A DNA stretch of 64,000 bases from an uncultured Planctomycetaceae bacterium (lineage in GTDB: Bacteria > Planctomycetota > Planctomycetia > Isosphaerales > Isosphaeraceae): the NCBI GenBank assembly GCA_963833985.1, contig CAWIAD010000001.1:3232001-3296000 (forward strand), given 5' to 3'. How positions within the stretch are numbered: the stretch's first letter is position 1; each line of letters starts with the position of its first letter. Positions 32,450 to 43,273 of the stretch are shown in pieces. The translations under genes were made by a program, and so were the position numbers. Under the pieces are notes generated by a model. It saw only the letters and a list, made by a program, of their open reading frames with translations, made no database searches and was not told the DNA's origin.

Positions 32450-32850
32450 ACGGCTCACGGGACTGCCCTCCGGATCAACGACGTGCCGCTGATGTGGAGC
32501 GCGGCATTCGGAGAGTCGTCCACTCAAGGTCCAACATGCAAAAGCAGGGGGTTGCGGCTCACGATCTCGGCATCAGGCCATCCACTCTCGCCATCCACAT
32601 AGACCTGATAGATCATGGGAAGAGCGGGGGGCACGCGTTCCGGTGTGAACTCGCCCCGCTCGTCGGTCGTGGCCACGCTCAATCCGCGGTTTCCCGAGCC
32701 GGCGGCGACCTGGGCCTGAGCGACTGGCTGATCCCTGCCCTGCACCAGCCGACCCCTGATCGTCGTTCCCGGAACAACCTCGATCGCGGGCAGTTCGAAT
32801 GCGCGAGCCAGTCCGGAATCGTGGTTCGCTCGCTCCAGGGCTCTCCTAAT
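32450..32850 (-). pseudogene. Fragment of another carboxypeptidase-regulatory-repeat gene
   Basis: AFELPAIEVVPGTTIRGRLVQGRDQPVAQAQV...TTDERGEF, then a stop and a shifted ISG-HVVDPEGSPV; no credible start. Confidence 0.6.
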
Positions 32851-33034
32851 TTAGAAAACGCGATGGACGTTTTGTCCCTTCGGGATAAGTGCCGGCAGGC
32901 GGGCGCGATCGCTTTGTTTATCCGGGAGCGCGCGGGGGGAATCAAGAAAGTGTCGCGTCACCGCGCGGCCGGTACCTGGAGTCCGGGCCGCAGTCCCGGA
33001 CAACCGCAGTCCGGCACTCTGCGATGTACCGGCT

Positions 33035-36000
33035 TCACGAATCGCGACGGACCGTGACCGGCTCATGGCCGCCCGATTCAACCGGCCGCCGGTGAGTCAT
33101 CGATCGCCTGGGCGGCGGGATCGGTCCGCCCGCTTCGGGACCATGCGCCAGCAGGATCGTCTGCGCGGGTGGTGCAACCTGAACCCCCAGGCGTGCGGCC
33201 TGCTCGAGAATCTCCCGGTTCAGTTCATCGCGGGCCGCCAGTTCCTCGGAGCCGCTGGCAACGGTGAAGTAGACGTTCACCAGCAGGTCGACGGTCGTAC
33301 TATTCAGGGTGTGGATGTAGATGTCGGCCCTGCCGGCGCAGATGCGGGGATGGTCCTGGGTGTAGCCGCGCAGGCTGTCGCGCAGCGCGATCAGCCGGTC
33401 GGCGGGGGTATCGTAAGCGACGCTCACGAAGGTTTTGTAACGCCGCATGTTGCGTGCACCCCGGTTGTCGATCGAGACGTTGGCGATGATCGAGTTGGGA
33501 ATCGTGATCAGCGAGTCGTCGGGCGTGCGCAGCTTCGTCGACCGGAAGCCCACGCTCTCGACCATGCCCTCCATCCCGCTGACGACGATCGAATCACCGA
33601 TCCGGAACGGGTGCTCGCCGATCAGCAGCAGGGTCCCGAAGAAATTCTTGAGCGTATCCTGCGCGGCCAGAGAGGCGGCCAGTCCCACCAGGCCAAGACC
33701 GGCCAGCAGCCGCGCCACCCATTCGCCGCTGCCCAGCAAGTAAACCTCCCACGACACGGCCACGATGAGCATGACCAGCTTGAGGACCCGCGCGGTCGTG
33801 GGCACGATCATATCGCTGAGGTTGCGGCGGTGTTGCAGATGTTCGCTGTGGGCGTAGACTGCCATGCTCAGATCAAGCAGGCGGAGGGCCATCCAGGCCA
33901 GCAAGCCGATCCAGAGGAACTTCAGAACAGGCAGGATTGTCCCCCAGACGGCGACCGGCAAGTCGAGCGGAGGCAATTGTGCCACGGCAAGGAAGAGGGC
34001 AAGCTGCCAGGCCAGCGGCCTGAGCTTGGCGTGCACGAACTCGTCGCTGAGATCGAACCGCGCCCTGCGCAGGCAGCGTCGGACCAACCGGTCCAGCACG
34101 CGAGAAACGATCCAGGCCATGCCGCCCGCCAGAATCAGCACCACCGCCAAGCCCACCCACTGGTAGAGGGCGAGCCCCATCACCGGAGCCTGGACCCAGT
34201 ACGGCAGCACTTGCCTTAGCCAGATGCCCAGACCGGCCGCGCTGGCCGGGCGGAACGAGGCCCCGGACGGGTAGAGGAGCGTGCCATGGCTCGGTGATTG
34301 CTCCAGCGCGGCGAGGAACATCGTCTCGATCTGCCGGGTGGTCTCGGCCGTGAACAGCCAGTCGCGCCTGGCCTCTTCGCCAGCAGTCGGCTCCAGGCTG
34401 ATCCGTCCCAGCGGGCCGCGATAGAAGACAAAACGCGGCCCTTCAACCTCGTTGGGAATCTCCTGCAAGTGCACGGGGCCGATCTGGTCGATCACGAACT
34501 TCAGCTTGCGCAAGCATCGGTCCAATATCGGTGCGGGCGCGGATCGGGATCGAACCCAGGTCGATGGCGCGCGCAGCCTGCGCATCGTCGCCGCGGTCCG
34601 CGGCACGCAGAAACGTGCGCACGGTCTGCCGCGCGGAGCCATAGCGCGAGGCCTGATCCTTGCGAGACTTTTCAGCGGGAGAGAGACGGTCGAACATCTC
34701 GGGAACCCGCGCGATCGTCTCGACATCGAACCGCCAGCAGCTGTCGGCTTGCGGTGCCAGCGTCACCTGCCACGGGTTTTCCGAGCCGAAGGTCTGCGGC
34801 TCGGCGTTCCAGGAATCCGGCACGGACACCAGCTCGATGTTCAGGTGCTGGAGCACCGCGTCCAGCTTGGCGGCAAGGCGCAAGCCCACTGCGATCCTGT
34901 CGGCTTCGGCAACCTCCTTGAGGCTCAGGCACGAGAGCACCAGCCGCGTGCGGGCATCATCAAGCTCCAGATCGTCCATGGCCTCGAGAAACGTTTGCAA
35001 GGTTGCCCGTGGCGAGGCCAGATCGCGAGGCACTCTCTGGGGCGGAGGCGTCTGCTCCGCGCCTGGCTCGGCCAGGGAACTGGCGTCAATCATGACCCCC
35101 AGGAACTCGTAGCGGGGGTCGGGCGGCGCCTTGCGGAAGCCCTCGACCAGCGCGTCCAGGTTGTACAGAGTGGCCCTGCTGAACAGCCATGCGTCCTTGT
35201 CGTCGGCCTGGCTGACCCGGTCGATCATGATCCGCCCGCGGTGGTTGGAATGCCAGATATAACGCGAGCCGTGGGGATCGCTGATGATCTCCTGAGGGTA
35301 CACGAACCCGCAGCGCTCGATCACGAAGGCCAGTTTGCGCGCCATTTCCGGCCCCCGCACGGCACGCAGTTTGGGGGCAACGTCGCGGAGATCAAGGCAG
35401 CGGGCCGCCGCCGAGAAGTTGCGCCGGGCCACGTCGCTCAGGAACGTGCGCATCGTGCTCTCGGGGTCTGTGCGTCCCGGGGCCAGCTTCATCCGCGACT
35501 CCTGGCTTGGACGCTGCGTGCGAAAGTTCTCCAGCCGCATGGAGGCGATTTGCCTGACCGTGCGGGCATCGAACCGCCATTTTCCGTCTGGCTGTCGCTC
35601 CAGCACGATATGCATTGGATCGCGATCCACGATCACGAAGGACCGGGCCGGTGAGTCCGGATCGTCGGAGACCGAGTAAAGTGCAATGTCCTGGCTGTTG
35701 ACGATCGAGTTCAGTTCGTGGGCCATGAGCGCAGCGTCACGCTCGTTCACCTTCGTGCCCACCTCGCGGTAGTTCAGACAGTCGATCGCGTTGGCCACAA
35801 GCTCAGGAGCCAGGTCGTAGCAATAAATGGCGAAGTAGAAGGTTTCGAGCATCCGCCGAGGCGTCGTACGATCATTCCAGCGGGCAATATCCGCCGCCGA
35901 CCGGCGCGGCACCGGCACCTGGAAGCCGAATGCTGGCTGGCTTGCGCCCTGAACGGTGGCCGACCCGATGCCCTGGGCATGTGCAAGGTCGTTGCAGCCT

Positions 36001-36062
36001 TGAAGTACCAGCAAAAGGCCCAGCAGGCGGCTGGCCCCAAGCGGGAATGGAACCGTGCGCAT
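33035..36062 (-). CDS. MscS-family mechanosensitive channel with large repeated periplasmic N-terminal region (frameshift ~34510)
   Basis: GLAASLAAQDTLKNFFG, PFRIGD, G.VESVGFRSTKLRT, IPNS. Confidence 0.88.
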
Positions 36063-36265
36063 CAGGCATCCTTGCCCTGGCATGGAAAGCTGAAGACGTG
36101 CTTCCGGCACGTCGGAAGCGGCAGGACACGCGTCCGTGCATTCGCCACAGCATAGAACTTCGACCGTTTATCACAAGGCGAAATTGCCCGTCACGGCTGT
36201 CCACCCGGGTGGTGCGCTTCCCGCGGGGGACTGCCTGGAACCGAGGCCGCGCAAAGAGCACAGCG

Positions 36266-37213
36266 TCAGTGTGCTTCGTCTGCGGTTTCGGCCCGGTGCT
36301 CCTCCGCGTAGGCGTCATCTTCGGGAAGATAGCCCAGCACCTCGGCAGCGTCGGTAAGGTCCCACCTCGTACCGTGATTGCGCGACACGCCGTTGACCAC
36401 CAGGAATGAGCGGTCCTCGATCTCGGCCTCCACCGCGGCGTCGAAGAGCTGAACCAGGTCGTGGTTGGAAAGCCACATCCTCCTGGCCCAGTCATCCGGC
36501 AAGCTCTCTGCTCGGTTACGTCCCTCTTGCACCCAGCCGATCCGCAGCGCCACGAACGTGAGGTCGAACGCCAGGGCGAGGCTTCTGCCCAGCCGCTCGC
36601 CGACCAGCTTGAGCATGCCGTAATCGTTGCCCGGCCTGGGTGCAAGATCGACGCTGATCATCTCCTCGTCAAGATGCTTGTAGCCGCCCATGACGTGGTT
36701 CGAGCTGGCAAAAACAATCCGGTCCACGCCCGCCAGGGCAGCCGCGTTGAAGACGTTGGCCATCGCGTCAAGGTTATGCGGAATCAGATCCTCCAGCGCG
36801 CAGGTCTCATCGGAGTTCGCTGCCAGATGCACCACGGCATCGACGCCGTGAAAATGTGTGATCCAGTCCTCGTCCATGACGCTCAGATCGGCCCGGAAAA
36901 CGTCGTCATCGTCGGGGCCAGGGTTGGCGTCCAGGAGGATCAGGTCGTAAACATCTTCCCAGGCGGCCCGCAACTTTCGGCCAATGTTGCCACATGCCCC
37001 TGTTATCAGCACAACCCTTGGCTCGCTATCGACTTCCAGATCAAGCGAGTCGTCCGTCTGAAGATCGTCGTCCTCGTCGTCGAAGTCATCATCCTGATCG
37101 TCGTCGAGGTCTTCGGGATCGAGAATCGGCAGGTCGCTCCTGGAATCGCGGTGAGCGTGGAGTTTGCGTGCTTCACCTTCCTCTTCCTCTTCGGCGGACC
37201 AGTCGGGACACAT
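36266..37213 (-). CDS. NAD-dependent epimerase/dehydratase (uronate-dehydrogenase-like) with acidic N-terminal extension
   Basis: VLITGACGNIG, VVHLAA, FASSNH, YGMLK. Confidence 0.85.
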   Translation of the reverse strand: MCPDWSAEEEEEGEARKLHAHRDSRSDLPILDPEDLDDDQDDDFDDEDDDLQTDDSLDLEVDSEPRVVLITGACGNIGRKLRAAWEDVYDLILLDANPGPDDDDVFRADLSVMDEDWITHFHGVDAVVHLAANSDETCALEDLIPHNLDAMANVFNAAALAGVDRIVFASSNHVMGGYKHLDEEMISVDLAPRPGNDYGMLKLVGERLGRSLALAFDLTFVALRIGWVQEGRNRAESLPDDWARRMWLSNHDLVQLFDAAVEAEIEDRSFLVVNGVSRNHGTRWDLTDAAEVLGYLPEDDAYAEEHRAETADEAH

Positions 37214-37478
37214 AAGGATCGTCCTTTCTTTGAGCTCGAAGTGAGGCTGGCTGGGCGCGACCCGCTCGCGCGATCCGTAGTATTGGGTAGAAAGCAGTCT
37301 ACCATCTTTTCAAATCTTCGACACGTGCCAGATCGGGAACACACGGCGTTGCCCGCGCCGTGCTGCACAGTCCTGCCTAGACCCTGCCGCGGTCTCTCGA
37401 TACCGTGAACATTGAAAATCCCCGAGCCGGTCGCATGTGAAGCCGGATCCGCACGACCAATCAGCCAGAGATGCACGG

Positions 37479-40400
37479 ATGTCTCACTCGAGCGGCGTGC
37501 GGCGAGATGCCTTGAACTGGTTGGACCGCACGCGAGGCCGGTTCCGACGAGAGGCGTTTGTACGCGCCGGCCGGACCGGTGCGCTTACCTTGCTGGTAAT
37601 ACTCGGCTTGATGGCTCTCTGGCGGTACGCCGGGGAAAGCCGGCTCGGCCATATCAGGCTCACGAACTACGGTCCCGCGCTCCGCGTCCTGGTGCAGGAC
37701 GAGAGCGGCAAGCAGACGATTGGCGAGGCGCTGGACCTGGTCTCGCAAGTCACGCTGGGTTTGCCCGACGGCGAATACCGGCTGCTAGTCAGCGGTACTG
37801 GCCGCATGGGCCAGACGCTCCGGCTCGCCGTCAATCGGGGCGAGACGATCGAGTACACGCTCTCGCTCGACGAAGGTCGCATGCTCGGCCGCTATCCGGA
37901 CGGAACCCCATACTCTGGAATTGGCGATCCTCCGCGTGATGAGCCGATGCCGTTCGCGATCATCACCACGGCCCTGGAACTGACGCCCGGCAAGTTTGAC
38001 CTGGTCGAGTTCAACGGCAGGAGCATGCTGCGCCGCGACTCCGCCACGGGGAAAATACTCTGGGACACCGCCAACCCTGACAATGCGTTTCATCCGGCCC
38101 ATGACCCTGCCCAGTGGGTGAGGCGGATTCCCGCACTCCGCGGGGGCATGCACTTCATCGAACCGGCCACCGACCTGGATGGCGACGGCACACGTGACGT
38201 GCTCGTCGAGGTCGAATACTCGTGCGCGTTCCTGGCACTTTCCGGCAAGGACGGCTTGATGCTCTGGAATCACGTCGCGGCAGTCGACGGCTCCGGTGGT
38301 CCGCAGCCGGAGGGACCAAGCTTGCCCGGACCTCTCCGGAATGCCAGCAGGCAAAGCTCCGTCATCGGCCGGCCCTCCATCGAAGACGTGGATGGCGACG
38401 GCGCACCAGACGTACTCGCCACCATGGTTTTTCACGAATTCGACTCCGAAGTCGAGCGGCGCACCGGCAAGCCGCGAACGAATGCGGACCCTGCCTTTTC
38501 CTGGCGCGTGATCCAGGCAATCTCGGGCCGGACGGGCCGCCGACTCTGGTCCTGTCCCGTCGATCCCGGCTTCTCGCTGATCCAGGCGCGCTACTGGGAT
38601 CACCCGGCGACCCTCGTGCGCGGCCGGCAGCCGGCGATGATCTGGATGCTGGACGGAACAAAGGTCACGCGCATCGACCCGGCCAGCGGCAAGCCTCGAT
38701 CCGGATCATTCGATCTTGGCGTTGCGCCCGTGCGGCCGCTCCAGTTTGCCGATCTCGACGGCGATGGCGAACCTGAGATCCTGGCGCTGGGGCCGGGACC
38801 GATGGTCAAGCAGCAGACGCTCACGGCCGTCTCGGCTCGCGACGGCAAGCCACGCTGGGCCGCCACCATCCGTGCGGAGTATCCCCAGCAAGGAGGCTGG
38901 ATGCCGCGGCACGAGTGGCCGTGGCTCGTTGATGTGGACGACGACGGCAGGACCGAGATCCTGGTTCCCGACACCGGCCCGCTGACGCCGGCGGCAAGCG
39001 CTCGCGGCCTGGCGATGCTCGACGGCTCGAGTGGACAGCCGCGCTGGGTGCGGCGAATTCAGCTCGAAACCAAGGCAAACGATGGAATGGAACATCTGCT
39101 CGAGTCTCCTGACCTCGACGGCGACGGCTGCCGCGAGCTGGTCGCGGTCTCAAGATGCGACGGGCGCGACCCGCCCACCACGCCCAGGGACCCGCGAATC
39201 GAGCCGAAGCGGTTATACGTCGACCTGCTTGCGGGCAAGGATGGTCATCTGCTCTGGACCTGGCATGTCGACCTGTCGGAGAACAAGTACCCTCACATCT
39301 TTGCGCCGCGGTGGTGGGGACGCGGGCCGGACGGATGGCCGTTCCTGGCCGTGCCGATGGGTGGTAAAGATCCGGACGGCAACGAGTTCAACCAGCCGTC
39401 CTCGCAGTTTCAGGCGCCGATCGTCCATGTCCTGGAAGCAACGACCGGACGCCTCGTGCATGAGGTCCTCGGACTCAGGCAGACCAGGACGGCCGACCTG
39501 GATGGTGACGGCATCATCGACCTCTGGGGAGAGGCCGACGGCCAGCTCCAGGCGTTTCGCGGTGCGCCGCCGGAGGCGTGGCGGGCGCTCGGGCAATACG
39601 CACCAGCCGGTAATGAGACCCAACCCCCTGGTCTTGACCAGTCGCGCAGAGCCGCCGATCTCGATGGCGACGGCATCGCCGATGTCCTCGGCATGGGACC
39701 GCGGGTTGGATACTCTCCGGGGGACTCGACGAGCGATTCGAGGGGATCACGCACGGCGATTGCCCGTTCGGGCAAGGACGGGCATCTGCTCTGGAAGACC
39801 GTGCTCGACCCCTCGCGGTTCTGGCTGCTTCCCGAGCACGCCCGGAGTTATAGCCTGAGCGCCTCTCCAGCGCCGGCCGGCGATCTGGACGGCGATGGCA
39901 CACCCGACATCCTGGTGCAGAAGCAGACGCAGGACGTGACCGAGATCGGTCGCAGGTCCGCGACCCTGCCTCTGCAAGTTCTCTCTGGCCGCGACGGCCG
40001 GCCGCTCTGGTCGGCCGGGCCGTTGCCGCTCGGATTCGAGGCTTATGGGTACTCCCAGATCCACTCACTTTCACTTCGGGTCATCAAGCCGGGCTCACCG
40101 CCCGACCTGGTGGTTCTGCACCGCAGCCCCTTCCTGGCCGCGAGTCCCAGGCCGTTTGTACCATCGCCCTGGGCACCCGCGCAGACGCGACTGGCGCGGG
40201 TGTCGGGGCGGACCGGGCTGGTGGTCTGGGACATCGCCATGGAGGAGCAACCGCAAGGCCAGGATCCGGGGTTCCCTCTGCTTCCGCAGATCGCCGATCT
40301 CGATGGCGACGGCAGCCTGGACGCCCTGCTCTTGACGCGATCCACGTCTCAGGGCAACAACCGGGAGATTGGCATCAAGGCTGTCTCGCTCCGCGACGGC

Positions 40401-41792
40401 AAGGTGCTCTGGTCGAGAGGACCGCACCAGGATCATCCCACGCCCGAGATTCCCCAGATCGAGCTGGCTGCCGGCGGGAAAGGTCGCGACGCTCAGATCT
40501 TTGTCGCCGTCGAACCGGCGTCGCGGACCGGACACGAGCTGGTCGTGCAGGCGCTCTCGGGCCGCGACGGCAGCACGCGCTGGACCTGGCGCACAGGAAT
40601 GGGCGAGGGCGATCGTGGCTGGAGTGGAGGAATCGACGCGATCGCGCTCGATGGCCCGGGGAAAGACGGCGTCTGCGTGACCTATAGCAATAACCGGCGC
40701 GAGAGCCATATCGTTCTCCTGGACAGGCAGGGGCACGAGCGTGCCCACCACGATTTCCCCCCGGAGCCCAAACCTACGCAGTACTTTCCCCCGGTCTGGG
40801 ATACGATGCTCGACCTCGACGGCGACGGACGCGACGAGATCCTGCTCTGGTACAATCAGCGGCTGTACGCCTGGAAGAACGACCTCACGGAACTCTGGTC
40901 GCAACCGGCGCAGGACTGGCAGGTGCGCCGCTTCCTGCCGGCCAGGCTGGGCCAGCCGGGCACGCTCTTCATGGCTCCGGGCACGGCCCTGAACGCGATC
41001 ACTGGCCAGGCGCTCTGGGCTTACAAGTTCCCGCCACCGTACTGGGGCCATTCCGCCATGGTGCTCGAAACAGGGGACGACAGGCGGCTCCCCTTGCTCC
41101 TGTCCGCTGGACAGCATGCCAGCCTGTGTCGAGCGCCCTTGCCCACCACGCCCACGGGCAACTATCTTCCACTCGCAGGCGCACCCGTGCCGCCCGGCCT
41201 GACCCGCGAAGATCCCCGCTGGACGCGCCCGCTTCCCTGGACCAGGGTGGTGGTGCACGAACTCGGAACAAGGGGATTTCTGGCCCTTGCCGGTCTGGGC
41301 CTGGTGAATGTGGTCCTGCCGCTCATGGTGCTGCGGCTCCTCGCGCGCGGGCGGTTCAGCGTGCGCGTGCTCATGGCCTTGCCGGTCGCGGCCGCGGTGC
41401 CGCTGTCGCTGCTGCTGGTCCTGGAACCGTTCATGCCCGCGCAGTTCGGTCCGCTTGCGGCCCCGCCCAGGACAGTTTTCCTGCTGGCCACGATCGCCGG
41501 CATCCCGATCGCCACGTACGCGGCATTTGCTGGCTGGTGGCTGGTGGAAGGCCGCTGGAGGCGCCTGGCGTGGCTTGCCGCCGGCACCCTTCTGGCGACC
41601 GTCGCCGTGGCCGTGGCCTGGATGTGCATCGACGCCAGGAACATGCCGGCCATCGAGCACTACGGGCGGAAGAACTGGTTTCGCGCCGCCATTCCGGGTG
41701 CTTACGCGGCCGGGTTGCTTCTGCCTGCCGCCTGGGCTGTGTTCCGCGTCGATCGCTGGCTGCGCCGGGCGACACGAGACCCAGCGACCTGA
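37479..41792 (+). CDS. Large membrane-anchored FG-GAP/VCBS-repeat beta-propeller protein
   Basis: About 10 D[LV]D[GD]DG..[DE] motifs alternating with SG.DG..LW motifs; N-terminal TM helix and several C-terminal TM helices. Confidence 0.85.
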   Translation: MSHSSGVRRDALNWLDRTRGRFRREAFVRAGRTGALTLLVILGLMALWRYAGESRLGHIRLTNYGPALRVLVQDESGKQTIGEALDLVSQVTLGLPDGEYRLLVSGTGRMGQTLRLAVNRGETIEYTLSLDEGRMLGRYPDGTPYSGIGDPPRDEPMPFAIITTALELTPGKFDLVEFNGRSMLRRDSATGKILWDTANPDNAFHPAHDPAQWVRRIPALRGGMHFIEPATDLDGDGTRDVLVEVEYSCAFLALSGKDGLMLWNHVAAVDGSGGPQPEGPSLPGPLRNASRQSSVIGRPSIEDVDGDGAPDVLATMVFHEFDSEVERRTGKPRTNADPAFSWRVIQAISGRTGRRLWSCPVDPGFSLIQARYWDHPATLVRGRQPAMIWMLDGTKVTRIDPASGKPRSGSFDLGVAPVRPLQFADLDGDGEPEILALGPGPMVKQQTLTAVSARDGKPRWAATIRAEYPQQGGWMPRHEWPWLVDVDDDGRTEILVPDTGPLTPAASARGLAMLDGSSGQPRWVRRIQLETKANDGMEHLLESPDLDGDGCRELVAVSRCDGRDPPTTPRDPRIEPKRLYVDLLAGKDGHLLWTWHVDLSENKYPHIFAPRWWGRGPDGWPFLAVPMGGKDPDGNEFNQPSSQFQAPIVHVLEATTGRLVHEVLGLRQTRTADLDGDGIIDLWGEADGQLQAFRGAPPEAWRALGQYAPAGNETQPPGLDQSRRAADLDGDGIADVLGMGPRVGYSPGDSTSDSRGSRTAIARSGKDGHLLWKTVLDPSRFWLLPEHARSYSLSASPAPAGDLDGDGTPDILVQKQTQDVTEIGRRSATLPLQVLSGRDGRPLWSAGPLPLGFEAYGYSQIHSLSLRVIKPGSPPDLVVLHRSPFLAASPRPFVPSPWAPAQTRLARVSGRTGLVVWDIAMEEQPQGQDPGFPLLPQIADLDGDGSLDALLLTRSTSQGNNREIGIKAVSLRDGKVLWSRGPHQDHPTPEIPQIELAAGGKGRDAQIFVAVEPASRTGHELVVQALSGRDGSTRWTWRTGMGEGDRGWSGGIDAIALDGPGKDGVCVTYSNNRRESHIVLLDRQGHERAHHDFPPEPKPTQYFPPVWDTMLDLDGDGRDEILLWYNQRLYAWKNDLTELWSQPAQDWQVRRFLPARLGQPGTLFMAPGTALNAITGQALWAYKFPPPYWGHSAMVLETGDDRRLPLLLSAGQHASLCRAPLPTTPTGNYLPLAGAPVPPGLTREDPRWTRPLPWTRVVVHELGTRGFLALAGLGLVNVVLPLMVLRLLARGRFSVRVLMALPVAAAVPLSLLLVLEPFMPAQFGPLAAPPRTVFLLATIAGIPIATYAAFAGWWLVEGRWRRLAWLAAGTLLATVAVAVAWMCIDARNMPAIEHYGRKNWFRAAIPGAYAAGLLLPAAWAVFRVDRWLRRATRDPAT

Positions 41793-41936
41793 TCCCTCCG
41801 TGTCCGTACCCGGCCCGGGCGAGCGTTCCGGCTCGTGAGCGCGAGGGCTACAATGGAAGCACGGTTCACGGGCCAGGGCGTGTCCGTGGCAAGTTCCGGA
41901 TTCCGCCCGGCGCGGAACGAATAGAGGAGCGCGATC

Positions 41937-42677
41937 ATGGCGACGGTACCTCGCCGGCAGCGAACGCTCGAGGTGGACTATCCGACGTCGGATGGCAAGC
42001 CCATGGCGGAAACGCTGCTCCACATGCAGGAGATGATCGATACCATCCAGGTGCTCGACGATTATTTCGCCGACCAGCCGAACGTCTACGTCTGCGGTAA
42101 TCTCCTGCTCTATTACGAGGAAGGCAACCCGCGCAAGAGCATCTCGCCCGACGTCCTGGTAGCGTTCGACGTGCCCAAGAAGCCTGAGCGTGAGTACTAC
42201 CTGGTCTGGAAGGAAGGGAAAGCCCCCGACTTCGTGGTCGAGATCACGTCGAAGACGACCAAGAACGTCGACTTGATCAAGAAGTTCGGGCTTTATCGTG
42301 ATGTCTTGAAGATTTCGGAATAATTTCTCTTCGATCCCCGGGCCGATTACCTGGCGCCGCGGCTCAAGGGATACTGTCTCGAGAATGGTGAGTACGTCGC
42401 CATCGAGCCGTTGGCCGGCCGGCTGCCCAGCCGGATACTCGGCCTGCATCTGGAATGCGACGGCGATCAGCTTCGAATCTTCGATCCGGCGTCGGGCGAG
42501 CGGTTGCTGACGCGGCAGGAAAGACTTGTCGCGGCCGATCATCGCGCCGCCAAAGCCGATCACCGCGCCGCGCAGTCGCTGGCCGCCCAGGAGCGACTGG
42601 TCGCGGAGAATGAGCGTCTCCGCCGCGAGATCGAAGCGCTCCGCGCTCGCTCGAACGAAACATCCACCGGCCATTGA
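41937..42677 (+). pseudogene. Uma2 (DUF820) family endonuclease with in-frame TAA at 42321
   Basis: YPTSDGKPMAET, SPDV.V, PDFVVEITS, SE*FLFDP (expected EYFLFDP); same frame continues to a coiled-coil tail. Confidence 0.8.
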
Positions 42678-42767
42678 CGCGTGCCGCCATGAATGAATTC
42701 ACGGCTCCCGGGGTTGCTCAACCGCATAGAATCTGTGCGGTAAGAGACAATCCCGTGGGGCCTGGTG

Positions 42768-43244
42768 ATGCGCTATCTCCTGTCCGCGAAGGTCAAACCT
42801 GAAGGTAAGGCTCGCTTGCTGCTGGCTCTGGAAAGCGGCAGCTTCGGTGCGGGTTTTCCTTATGGCGACCTGGGCGAGATGCTCTGCGCGGGGCGGGTTG
42901 ATTCCTCGGGCCTGATACGCTGGGTCGAGGTTTGCTACTGCCGAGAATACTACGGCGTGGCAATGCACGAGGAACTCCCCTACCTGGAAGAGTTCCTGAC
43001 CGAGATCGAGGTGTCCGACGTGCGCAGTCCGCGGTATTGCAAGGGCTACCCGGAATGCAATGACTGCGACTGCACTCGCAAGGTCCGCTTCGAGGGAGAG
43101 CCGCTACTGGATTATCTGCGGCGTGCGACCGGTTTGACCGAACGCGCAAGCACGAGCCCCGGGCGGCCGACTCGGTGGCTGGGCTGGCGCGGGCAAATCG
43201 ACCCCGAGGAAGACCGCAGAAACCAGCAAGGCGCCGGTGCCTGA
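42768..43244 (+). CDS. Cysteine-rich hypothetical protein
   Basis: WVEVCYC...EE.PY.EE...C.....CNDCDCT. Confidence 0.75.
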   Translation: MRYLLSAKVKPEGKARLLLALESGSFGAGFPYGDLGEMLCAGRVDSSGLIRWVEVCYCREYYGVAMHEELPYLEEFLTEIEVSDVRSPRYCKGYPECNDCDCTRKVRFEGEPLLDYLRRATGLTERASTSPGRPTRWLGWRGQIDPEEDRRNQQGAGA

Positions 43245-43273
43245 GAGGCCCGTGGGTTCGATCGCCCCGGCCA

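Noticed and set aside
40095..42674. Long antisense ORFs (this 859-aa ORF, also 12-1280, 15078-16547, 20612-22150, 58986-60431)
   Set aside because: Shadow ORFs opposite well-supported genes, expected at high GC; no protein motifs.
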